Shown: positions 24,250-32,000 of the stretch, piece after piece
Layout: the number at the start of each line of letters is the position of its first letter
Position numbering within the stretch: position 1 is the first letter of the stretch
NCBI RefSeq assembly: GCF_019464535.1
Contig: NZ_CP080507.1
Coordinates: forward strand, 390,001 to 422,000
Direction of reading: 5' to 3'
DNA: 32,000 nucleotides
From: Horticoccus luteus
GTDB taxonomy: Bacteria > Verrucomicrobiota > Verrucomicrobiia > Opitutales > Opitutaceae
Program-made: the position numbers and the translations under genes
Notes under the pieces: model-generated
Told to the model about the DNA's origin: nothing
The model's input: the letters and a program-made list of their open reading frames with translations, nothing else
Databases searched by the model: none

Positions 24250-27200
24250 TCAGGGCGACGCTTCGGGGCGCCGGAGCGTCAGCCAGAACGTGCTGCCTTC
24301 GCCGGGCCTGGATTTTACGCCCACTGATCCGCCCATGCGCTCAACAGTGCGACGGACGATCGAGAGGCCGATGCCGGAGCCTTCGAGATGTTCGGTGCCG
24401 TGGGCGCGTTCGAACAACTGAAAGATCCGTTGCTGGTCCTGCGTGGGGATGCCGAGTCCTTGGTCGGTCACGAACAACGTGATCTCGCGCTCTGTCTCCT
24501 CGGCGAAAATTTTCACTTCGGCGGGCCGGCCGGCCGGCACGAACTTCACGGCGTTGGTCAGCAGATTGGCAATGGCTTGGGTCAGGGCCGACGGATTGGC
24601 CAGAGCGGTCGGGAACGCCCCGCTGAGCTGAATCCGGGCGTCTTTCAACGCGGGATATTGCTCGATGACTGTTTCGACCAGCGGACGCAGCGCCACCGCT
24701 TGGAGGGGCAACGGCGCGCGCGTGAGCCGCGTGAGCGTGAGCACGTCGGTGACGAGCTTGTGCATGCGGTCGGCGGCGGACGCGATTTGCCGCACGAAAC
24801 GCTGGCCGCTGTCGTCGAGTTTGTCCGCGTAGTCCTCATTCAGGATGTTGGCGTAGCCTTGCAGCGCCCGCAGGGGGCCGCGCAGGTCGTGCGCCATCGC
24901 GTAGGAGAACGTCTCCAGTTCGCCGATGATGGCCTTCAGTTCGGTCGTGCGCTCCGCCACCATCAACTCCAACTTTTCCTCCACGCGTTTTTGTTCGTCG
25001 ATGTCGGTGCTGGAGCCGATCCACATCACGATCCGACCTTCCGCGTCGGCCGTGGCGCGGGCGCGGCTAAGATGCCATCGGTGGACGCCATCGTGGCGCC
25101 GCAGGCGATGCTCCAACTCAAACATCGCGCCGGTGTCGATCGCTTGTCGCCAGCGGCGCTTGGTTGGCTCGACATCGTCGGGATGAAGGAATGACTGCCA
25201 GCCCAAGGTCAGAAGTTCGTCCAGCGTGGTGCCGGTGAACTCCAGCCACTGCCGGTTGAAATAAGTTGCGACACCATCGGGCCCGGCGGCGAAAATTTTC
25301 TGCAGCATCGATTCGGCCATGGCGCGAAAGCGCCCGGCACTTTCCCGATAGCGTTCCTCGGCCACGCCGCGCTCGGTGATGTCGCGGATATTGCACTGGA
25401 TTGCCGCCCGCCCGTCTTCGACGTAGAGATTGGCGAGCACTTCGACGTCGCGTGTTTCTCCGCTGCGGATCGTCAACGTCAGTTTGTCGAAGCGGACGAC
25501 GTGCTTCGTTGCGAGGGTTTCAAACGCGGCGCGAGCGGCGTCCTCATCGGCGAAGAGTCCGATCTGGCGCAGATCCTGTCCGACCAACTCTGCGCACGTT
25601 TCACCCAGGAGTTGCACGATGTAGGGATTAGCATCGAGGATGCGTCGCGTCGTGGGGTCGACAATGAGCACGCCATCGCGCGCCGCTTCGAACAGACGGC
25701 GATACCGATTCTCGGAAGCATGGATGACCTGCGCCGCGGCGCGCTGCTCCGTCACATCGCCGAGGGCGATGAGGATAAGCGGGCGGCTGGTGGCGCTGGG
25801 GCGAATGCGGCGGGCATTCAGGCGGAAAATCCTTCGGCCAAGGCGGGGGAACTCGCCCTCCAGGTCGTAGTTGTGAATCCGTTCGTTATCCGGGAGGATT
25901 TTTTCGAGCATGGCCCGGAACTCGGGGCGCTTCCACTGGCCGTTGCCCAGCGCGTAGATGGATTTCTGCTCGGTCTCTTGGGGCGCGGACAGAAACAGAT
26001 CGTAGTAAGCGTGGTTCGCGGTCTGCACGATGAGGTCGCTGTCGAGGACCAGCAGGGCGTCGCCCACCGTCTCGACAATGTTCGCCGCGTAGTCGCGCGT
26101 TTCGATGAGCTGGGTCTGCGCGCGTTTAAGCCCGCCCACATCGACGAACACCAGCACGGCGCCGTCGATTTTGTTTTCCGTGGTGACATACGGATGGATG
26201 CGCAGGGAGAACCAGCGGCCCTCGGGGTTCTGCACTTCCTCTTCATGCGCCGTCACCGTATCGATCACGCGGACGAGCGTGGTCTTGAGATCGAGGACGG
26301 GGACGCGGAGCGCAAGATCGGCGAGCGGGCGCCCCACGTCGGCGGCGGTGATGCCGAGGAGTTGCTCGGCGCGCGGCGTGAAGCGGCGGACGCGAAGATC
26401 GCGGGTGAGGATGACGGCGGGGATTTGCGCGCTTGTCATCAAATTGCTCAGATCGTTGCTCGTCTGGCCAAGCAGATCGTTGCGGGCGCTGAGTTCTTCG
26501 TTGAGCGTAGTGAGCTCCTCGTTGCCGGCCTGCAGTTCCTCCTTCGCCGTCTCCATCTCCTCGTTGATGCTCTGCAGTTCCTCGTTGCCGGCCTGGGCCT
26601 CCTCGTTGGCGGATTGCAGCTCTTCGTTGTAGGCGTCCTGTTGCTCGATCACCGACTGAAGATGCTCCTTGGTCTCCGCCAATTCGTGAAGGAGGTGGAC
26701 GTTTTCGCTGGTCTTTCTGCGGCCGTCAGCGGGCGGACAGTCCGTCGCAGGGGGCGCGGTGGGTCTCGCTTCGGTGGCTGCCGCCGGCTCGACCCGATGA
26801 AAATTTACGAGGAGACAAGGCTGTGCCTCCGGCTGTGTTTTCAACGGGATCACCTCGATCACGACGGTCAGCGTCTGGCCCGGAGATTTGACCGTCACCG
26901 CCGGCGATCTCATGGTTGCCTGGTCTTTCACCGCCTTGTTGATCGTGCGGCGGAGGGGCGAGAAAAGGCCTTCGCGCGCCATCTTCAGCAGGTTCAGACT
27001 GGCCTTGCCCGACGAGGCTTCGAGGAAGAGGCCGGTGGCGCCGCGGAATTGCAGCACATCGAGATCGGCAGTGACGAGGACGCCCACGGGCGCGTGCTTC
27101 GCCAGCATCAGGCGATCGGCTTCGCGTTGCGCGTCGCCCGTGGCGGCGGGCGGCAGGGTTTGCAGGCGGAGCGGGGCGGAAGCGACTTTGGCCGCCGCGG

Positions 27201-28761
27201 GCGGTTGGGCGGTGTAGCGCATTTCCCGATTCGTGGCCGACGGCCGCCGGGTGAAGAATTTGTTTTTCGGATCGAGCGGCGCGAACAAATCCGCAAAGCC
27301 GCTCACCGTCTCCGCCGGACCGAGAAAAAGCACGCCGCCGGGCTTGAGCGCGAAATGGAAGGTGGGAACGATTTTTTTCTGCAGGTCCGCTCGGATGTAG
27401 ATCAGCATGTTGCGGCAACTGATCAGATCGAGGTGCGAAAAGGGCGGATCGGTCAGGACGTTCTGGCGGGCGAACACGCACATGTCGCGGATCGTTTTGC
27501 TCACGCGATAACCGCCTTCCACTTCGACAAAAAAATTGCGGAGCCGCTCGGCGGAGACGTCCTGCACGAGGCTGCGCGAATAAACCGCCGCCCGCGCGCG
27601 GTCGACGTAGGGTCCGTGCACATCGGTGCAGAAAATCTGGAGTCCCGTGTTCGTGCCGGCGGCGCGGGCGAATTCCAACCAGGCCATCGCGATGGAGTAG
27701 GCTTCCTGTCCCGTCGAACAACCCAACACCCAGATGCGCAGGGCGCCTTCCTCCGAACTCGTATCGTGCAGTTTCAGCAGGCGCGGAAAAATCTTTCGCT
27801 TGAGCACGGCGAATGCCGCGGGGTCGCGAAAAAAATTGGTGACGCCGATGAGGAAGTCGCCGGCCAGAATCTCCAGCTCCGCGGGGTGCGTTTCGAGAAA
27901 TGTGATGTAGGCGGCGAGGGTGGAAAATTCGCCGAGAACCATCCGCCGATGCAACCGGCGGTGCAGCGTGGCCGGTTTGTAGAAGGCGAAGTCCGTGCCG
28001 ACGCGGCGGCGGAGCAGGGTGCGCACTTTCGTGAAATCGTCTCCCGGCTTCGCTTCGGGCACGGGCGCGTCCTCCGGCTCAGCGTCGCGCGGTTGTCGCA
28101 CATACGGGTGCCGGGCGAGTCGCGCGAGTTCCGCCGCGATCGCGGCCGGCGCGAGCACGAAGTCGACGCAGTCCGCTGCAATCGCGCTCCGCGGCATCGA
28201 GTCGAATTTCGCGGAGTCGTCCTGCGCAAACGTGATGCCGCCCTCGGCCTTGATCGCTTCGAGACCCATGGTGCCGTCGGACGCGGTGCCCGAGAGAATG
28301 ATGCCGATCGCTTCGTTGCCCCGATCTTGCGCGAGCGATTTCAAAAAGAAATCGATGGACCGCACCGGCCCCTGTGTCACCTGGCGCGGCAGCAGATTCA
28401 ACGCGCCGCCCGAGATCGACATGCTCTTGTTCGACGGAATCACGTAGATTTGGTTGGGCTCCACGATCATCCCATCGGACACCTCCCAGACGGGCATCGA
28501 GGTGGTTTTCGCCAAAAGCTTCGGCAACATACCATCCTGCGTCGGCGCGAGGTGCTGCACGACGACGAAGCCCATGCCGGTGTCGACCGGCAGCGCTTTC
28601 AGCAACGCGATGAAGGCTTCCAAGCCACCCGCCGAGGCGCCGATGCCGACCACGGGAAACGAAGGGCGTGGGCTGGCTTTTTTTCGTGCGGCGCGGGGCG
28701 TCGCCGTGCGCTTCGGTCCGGGGGCGGGCGCATGCCCCGGGGATTTTTTCGGAGGGGGCAT
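24250..28761 (-). CDS. Multidomain sensor: CheB-like methylesterase + CheR-like methyltransferase + PAS-like + heptad coiled coil + 4 PAS + histidine kinase
   Basis: CheB domain, aa ~35-215 (nt 28117-28659): GIGASAGG, VVVQHL, LSGTASDG. CheR domain, aa ~243-482 (27316-28035): RIWVLGCSTGQEAYSIAM, NFFRD, CRNMLIY. PAS-like module, aa ~548-658. Coiled coil, aa ~688-765. Four PAS modules, aa ~776-1256 (24994-26436). H-box, SYAMAHDLRGPLRAL (His1291). N-box, LLTNAVKF. G-boxes, DQGLGI and GSGIGLS. There is no receiver domain. ATG at 28761. Confidence 0.93.
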   Translation of the reverse strand: MPPPKKSPGHAPAPGPKRTATPRAARKKASPRPSFPVVGIGASAGGLEAFIALLKALPVDTGMGFVVVQHLAPTQDGMLPKLLAKTTSMPVWEVSDGMIVEPNQIYVIPSNKSMSISGGALNLLPRQVTQGPVRSIDFFLKSLAQDRGNEAIGIILSGTASDGTMGLEAIKAEGGITFAQDDSAKFDSMPRSAIAADCVDFVLAPAAIAAELARLARHPYVRQPRDAEPEDAPVPEAKPGDDFTKVRTLLRRRVGTDFAFYKPATLHRRLHRRMVLGEFSTLAAYITFLETHPAELEILAGDFLIGVTNFFRDPAAFAVLKRKIFPRLLKLHDTSSEEGALRIWVLGCSTGQEAYSIAMAWLEFARAAGTNTGLQIFCTDVHGPYVDRARAAVYSRSLVQDVSAERLRNFFVEVEGGYRVSKTIRDMCVFARQNVLTDPPFSHLDLISCRNMLIYIRADLQKKIVPTFHFALKPGGVLFLGPAETVSGFADLFAPLDPKNKFFTRRPSATNREMRYTAQPPAAAKVASAPLRLQTLPPAATGDAQREADRLMLAKHAPVGVLVTADLDVLQFRGATGLFLEASSGKASLNLLKMAREGLFSPLRRTINKAVKDQATMRSPAVTVKSPGQTLTVVIEVIPLKTQPEAQPCLLVNFHRVEPAAATEARPTAPPATDCPPADGRRKTSENVHLLHELAETKEHLQSVIEQQDAYNEELQSANEEAQAGNEELQSINEEMETAKEELQAGNEELTTLNEELSARNDLLGQTSNDLSNLMTSAQIPAVILTRDLRVRRFTPRAEQLLGITAADVGRPLADLALRVPVLDLKTTLVRVIDTVTAHEEEVQNPEGRWFSLRIHPYVTTENKIDGAVLVFVDVGGLKRAQTQLIETRDYAANIVETVGDALLVLDSDLIVQTANHAYYDLFLSAPQETEQKSIYALGNGQWKRPEFRAMLEKILPDNERIHNYDLEGEFPRLGRRIFRLNARRIRPSATSRPLILIALGDVTEQRAAAQVIHASENRYRRLFEAARDGVLIVDPTTRRILDANPYIVQLLGETCAELVGQDLRQIGLFADEDAARAAFETLATKHVVRFDKLTLTIRSGETRDVEVLANLYVEDGRAAIQCNIRDITERGVAEERYRESAGRFRAMAESMLQKIFAAGPDGVATYFNRQWLEFTGTTLDELLTLGWQSFLHPDDVEPTKRRWRQAIDTGAMFELEHRLRRHDGVHRWHLSRARATADAEGRIVMWIGSSTDIDEQKRVEEKLELMVAERTTELKAIIGELETFSYAMAHDLRGPLRALQGYANILNEDYADKLDDSGQRFVRQIASAADRMHKLVTDVLTLTRLTRAPLPLQAVALRPLVETVIEQYPALKDARIQLSGAFPTALANPSALTQAIANLLTNAVKFVPAGRPAEVKIFAEETEREITLFVTDQGLGIPTQDQQRIFQLFERAHGTEHLEGSGIGLSIVRRTVERMGGSVGVKSRPGEGSTFWLTLRRPEASP
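26482..26628 (-). repeat. Seven consecutive in-frame heptad repeats (21-nt period) encoding NEExxxx
   Basis: The minus-strand translation is NEELQSA NEEAQAG NEELQSI NEEMETA KEELQAG NEELTTL NEELSAR (aa 712-760 of the sensor kinase). On the plus strand this appears as recurring CTCCTCGTT / TTCCTCGTTGCCGGCCTG units. Confidence 0.9.
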
Positions 28762-28879
28762 GGCGGCGAGTTATGGCGCGTGAGGAAAGCAGGCGCGACT
28801 GAAATCACCAACGGAGCGCTCGGAGGGCCGGATAACTCGTTGAGGGAAACGCTCCGGCGGAAAGACCCGTCCTATCGAT

Positions 28880-29362
28880 TCAGGACGCGTTCGCGCTGGT
28901 CTTTAAACTTCTGACCTCCGCGCCCGCGGCGGCCGAAATGACGACATTTCTTTTCAACCAATAATCGGCCAGGCTCCGAACCAGTTCGCCGAGTTCGTCG
29001 GCATTACCGGGTTTGCTCAGGAAGGAGTTGGCGCCCAAGGCATACGCTTGGCGGATGTCTGAGGGATGGTCTGACGACGTGAGCACGACGACTGCCAATC
29101 CGGCGAGCTCCGGTTCGCTTCTGATCCAGCGTAAGACATCGAAGCCCGGCACTTCCGGGAGCTTCAGATCGAGCAACACCAGGCGTGGCAGCGGATAAAC
29201 GGAGCGGTCCGCATACGGCTCGCGGCCCGCCAAGTAGTCCAAAGCCTTCTGGCCATTCTCCACGACGAAGAGGCGATTAGGCACACCCGACTTGGATAAC
29301 GCGCGCTTCATGAACAACACGTCGTCGATATTATCCTCCACGAGTAGGATCGCCTTTGGCAT
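28880..29362 (-). CDS. Stand-alone response-regulator receiver protein (CheY-like, no output domain)
   Basis: The acidic pocket is in ILLVEDNIDD. The phospho-acceptor Asp is in LVLLDLKLP. Thr/Ser is in VVVLTSS and Lys is in FLSKP. A ~35-aa C-terminal tail follows. It lies 118 nt upstream of the sensor kinase on the same strand. Confidence 0.93.
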   Translation of the reverse strand: MPKAILLVEDNIDDVLFMKRALSKSGVPNRLFVVENGQKALDYLAGREPYADRSVYPLPRLVLLDLKLPEVPGFDVLRWIRSEPELAGLAVVVLTSSDHPSDIRQAYALGANSFLSKPGNADELGELVRSLADYWLKRNVVISAAAGAEVRSLKTSANAS

Positions 29363-29479
29363 TCCCTCAATGAAACTCTATTTTACCTCCGATAGGAAGC
29401 CGCATAAGTTGCTTGGCCCATGGATCAGGGAATCGCTGAGCTGAAATGCGGCGCTATAGCTCTCACGGCGGCACGCATC

Positions 29480-31888
29480 TCACGCCGGCGCTTTCCGGCC
29501 CCAGCGCGCGAAGACGGCTTCGAGCACACCAAATTGATCGGTGAGCAGCCCTTCGTAACCGCACGGGCGGTCGTCCCAATAACGCCAGTCCACCCCGCTT
29601 TGGTTGCCGCCGAAAACGCGCGCGTCCGCGAAGCCGACGCAGAGCCGCTCCAGCAGCGCGTCGGCTTCCTTGGTCAACCCTGCGTGATAGAGCGCCATCA
29701 CGAAATGCCGCGACTGCGCGTGCGTGCGGCCGCCGTTTTGATAGTAGCCGAGCGGGTAACCTTGCATGATGTCAGCGAGGTCGGCGTCGGCGATGGAGCG
29801 GAGGTTGCCCGGCAGGCCGAGCGCGGCGTCGGGCAGGCCGACTATTTCCGCTTCGCGCAGCAGACGCGCCAGCAACGCGCGCGCTTCGGGGGCATCAATC
29901 AAGCCTGCGCAAACCGCGGCGCCGTTGACGGCGAGGAAGGCGTAGTCGTGGAGGCGATCTTCCTTGCAGCGCCAGCCGGCGAGCCAGCCGGTGGCATCGT
30001 TCCAAAACGCGGCGCGGTAATTCTTGTGCAGCGTGGCGGCCCATGTCTCGAGTTCGCGGGCTTTCCCGGCGAGGCCGAAGGTGCGCAACGCCGGCGCGAG
30101 TGCCTGCAGCGCGCTGTAGAGAATCGCGTTGGCGAGGGCGTCCTTCCAACCGAACGAAATGACGTCATACCAGCACGTGCTCCACTGTCCGGTGCCGCTG
30201 ACGCCGGTGCGATATGCGCTCTCGATCAAGCCATCGCCATCGAGGTCGCGGCCGCGGGCGTCGTCGATGCGGCGCAGGATCGCGGTGCGGTATTTCTTGA
30301 ACCACGCGGCGTCGGCGTGGCGCCGGAGATAATCGCCGAGGCCGCGGAGGGCGGCGGTGCCGGTCATGAGGTATTCGTCGGCGGCGTCGTGACTCACGCC
30401 GTCTTGCAACAGCCGGCCGGCGGCGTAGCCCGGACCGCCCGTGAGCCAGCGTTCAAGCGAGTAACGGACGAGCTCCGTCGCGCGGAAGTCCGGCAGAATC
30501 TCGCCCATCGGTTCCGTGACCGCCGACCAGGTATCGAGACAGATCGGGCAGTGCATCGAAGCGCCGTTATTGCTGAGCGTGCCGGTGTCGGCGCGCAGCG
30601 TGAGGGCCGTGAAGAAGGTGCGTTCGACGGCGCGTTTGACCACGGCGGGCACGCTGGCGCGCAGGCGCGGCGAGGGCTTGACGGGCCGCACGGTGACGGT
30701 GGCTTTGAATTTCCCCTTGGGCAGCAAGTAAAGGCCTTCGCGGGTGCGGCGCTCGCCGAGGTGCAGCTCGAGGAGGTTCATGTCGTGACTGCGGAAACAG
30801 TCGCTGCGCGCGAAAATATCGCCGGTCTGCGCGGCGATCTCGAGCGTGCCGAAACGGGGGAAGTTGAGCAGCAGCGGCAGTTCCAGCGCACCCGCTTCGC
30901 CCTCGCGACAGAGCCGGCCGAGCGCGGCGGTGGGCGCGGCGCTGTTGCGCAGGCCGATGGTCCAGATCGAGCTGAGCCACGCGAGGGAATCGCGCGAACC
31001 GTGGCGTTCGGCCTCAAGCGTGAGGCCCCGCGGCGTGACGGTCCAGATGAGCCGGTAACGCTGCGCGGCGGTCGTGAAATCGTAAGCGATGCGGTTGCCC
31101 TGCACGCGGCACGTGCCGTCGATGTCGCAGCGCACGGCGGGAATCATCACCGGCGCGGCGCCGACTTCGTGCAACTGCGGGCCTTGGAAAAACAGCGCGG
31201 GTTCGCTGACGAGAAGATTGGTGCCGGCGTGGGCGGCATCCTCGGTGTGCAGGCCGAAAAACGTGAAGCCCGGGCGCGAAAGATAAAAGCCGACCTCGAA
31301 GTCGCGCGTGCGGTAGCGCACCTGGCCATCGTGCAGCGTCGCGGTCACGCCCTTCGGTTGCCGCGCGAGGGAAAACGCGTCGAGCGCGAGCAGGTTTTCG
31401 CGGCGCGGCCCGCGGGGATCGATCAGCTCGCCCTCGAGCGTAAACGCCGAGAGCGCGAGATTCCACGGGGTCCAGCCGTCGTCGATGCCCGACCGGCGCA
31501 CCTCGATCGACACGGCGGTTGTTTCCACGCCGCCGAGTTCGAACCAGAGCGTTTCGCCGTCGGCGGGTTGCCGGACTTCCGGCAGATGGAGCGCCACGGT
31601 CCAGCGGTTCTCGCGAAACACGAGCAGGCGCAGCGCAGTGACCCAATCGAGATCCTGGCGGCTGCCGCACTTGTGATAGCCGGGGCCTTTGCGCACCCCG
31701 AGCCGGTGCAACTTCGCCCGGCCGTGGAGCCGCAGCACGCGGCTGTGGATGATGCGCCGGTCGGGCGCATCGACCTCCTCGGCGAGCGGCGTCGTCCACA
31801 ATGCGCGCCCGGCGGCGAAGCGGGCGTTGGTGAAGAGATCGCCCATCGGCGGTTCGAGATCGTTCAACGCGAGGAGGTCTTGGATCAT
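29480..31888 (-). CDS. Large cytoplasmic protein with a C-terminal (alpha/alpha)6 six-hairpin glycosidase-like domain
   Basis: The C-terminal ~390 aa (nt ~29483-30649) show helical-hairpin repeats with aromatic/acidic motifs, including DGDGLIES, WYDVISFGWKDALANAILYSAL, AAFWNDATGWLAGW, GYYQNGGRTHAQSRHFVMALY and GYEGLLTDQFGVLEAVF. The N-terminal ~410 aa are beta-rich and not recognised. There is no signal peptide. I chose the ATG at 31888; a GTG at 31936 is an alternative. Confidence 0.7.
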   Translation of the reverse strand: MIQDLLALNDLEPPMGDLFTNARFAAGRALWTTPLAEEVDAPDRRIIHSRVLRLHGRAKLHRLGVRKGPGYHKCGSRQDLDWVTALRLLVFRENRWTVALHLPEVRQPADGETLWFELGGVETTAVSIEVRRSGIDDGWTPWNLALSAFTLEGELIDPRGPRRENLLALDAFSLARQPKGVTATLHDGQVRYRTRDFEVGFYLSRPGFTFFGLHTEDAAHAGTNLLVSEPALFFQGPQLHEVGAAPVMIPAVRCDIDGTCRVQGNRIAYDFTTAAQRYRLIWTVTPRGLTLEAERHGSRDSLAWLSSIWTIGLRNSAAPTAALGRLCREGEAGALELPLLLNFPRFGTLEIAAQTGDIFARSDCFRSHDMNLLELHLGERRTREGLYLLPKGKFKATVTVRPVKPSPRLRASVPAVVKRAVERTFFTALTLRADTGTLSNNGASMHCPICLDTWSAVTEPMGEILPDFRATELVRYSLERWLTGGPGYAAGRLLQDGVSHDAADEYLMTGTAALRGLGDYLRRHADAAWFKKYRTAILRRIDDARGRDLDGDGLIESAYRTGVSGTGQWSTCWYDVISFGWKDALANAILYSALQALAPALRTFGLAGKARELETWAATLHKNYRAAFWNDATGWLAGWRCKEDRLHDYAFLAVNGAAVCAGLIDAPEARALLARLLREAEIVGLPDAALGLPGNLRSIADADLADIMQGYPLGYYQNGGRTHAQSRHFVMALYHAGLTKEADALLERLCVGFADARVFGGNQSGVDWRYWDDRPCGYEGLLTDQFGVLEAVFARWGRKAPA

Positions 31889-32000
31889 GGCGCGTCGATA
31901 GACCGGTGTTTGGGGTCCGCGGGCAAACGCAATCACGCTGCGCGAGGAGTTAGCGCGGGCGATTATGCGACATCAGCGCGGGATTTATGGGGGCTGAGTT

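Noticed and set aside
26482-26628. 21-nt periodic DNA repeat as a possible CRISPR or tandem-repeat locus
   Set aside because: The repeat is in frame within a long coding region and encodes coiled-coil heptads. There are no spacers and no cas genes, so it is a protein-level repeat only.
25501-28914. 1137-aa plus-strand ORF, the longest alternative ORF in the window
   Set aside because: It is entirely antisense to the CheB-CheR-PAS kinase, whose minus-strand frame carries many recognisable catalytic motifs. The plus-strand product is Arg/Gly/Ala-rich low-complexity sequence with no motif. It is a typical shadow ORF of GC-rich DNA, where stop codons are rare.
29363-29479. TAAAAT (minus strand, 29385-29380) as the -10 box for the receiver gene
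   Set aside because: It is a good -10 hexamer, but the corresponding -35 region (CTTATG) is poor and it lies only 18 nt from the ATG. It is left as unresolved promoter territory rather than a called feature.
1-32000. Mobile elements, tRNA/rRNA genes, toxin-antitoxin or defence-system genes
   Set aside because: Scanning both strands, I saw no transposase, integrase or recombinase motifs, no cloverleaf-like or rRNA-like segments in the intergenic spacers, no nuclease, helicase or methylase gene sets, and no long terminal repeats. This absence rests on inspection by eye only.

Overview
Visibly GC-rich bacterial chromosomal DNA (exact GC not computed). I call 25 protein-coding genes (one truncated at the left edge), two convincing intrinsic terminators and several candidate regulatory palindromes. 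I found no rRNA, tRNA, CRISPR array, transposase, integrase or phage gene. The backbone is rplM-rpsI plus a fragmented arginine-biosynthesis set of the cyclic ArgJ type: argC alone, argJ divergent from argB-argD, and argF-argG. Accessory blocks are interleaved with it: (1) two paralogous TorF/Gcw_chp-like outer-membrane beta-barrels bracketing rplM-rpsI; (2) a cytoplasmic GH42-like hydrolase between argC and argJ; (3) a membrane protein with a 4-fold internal repeat; (4) a compact exosortase module, made of a TM-anchored TPR protein, an exosortase-EpsI fusion and a convergent 722-aa PEP-CTERM surface protein; (5) an Opp-type ABC ATPase pair divergent from a CUT1-type sugar permease pair, with no binding protein; (6) an 80-aa orphan ORF; (7) a stand-alone receiver plus a 1503-aa CheB-CheR-PAS-coiled-coil-4xPAS-histidine kinase; (8) a large (alpha/alpha)6 glycosidase-like protein. 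The gene content (a PEP-CTERM protein with N/T/G-rich autotransporter-like beta-strand repeats, Shine-Dalgarno-poor starts) suggests a Verrucomicrobiota/Opitutaceae-like origin, but this is inference only. The three most interesting observations are: the CheB/CheR kinase, whose own coiled coil holds seven perfect NEExxxx heptads resembling chemoreceptor methylation sites; the exosortase module with no polysaccharide genes; and the mixed-family ABC locus. I see no clear-cut new system such as a defence island. Many long ORFs in the supplied track are antisense shadow ORFs typical of GC-rich DNA and are rejected. All family assignments come from motif recognition by eye, not from database searches.
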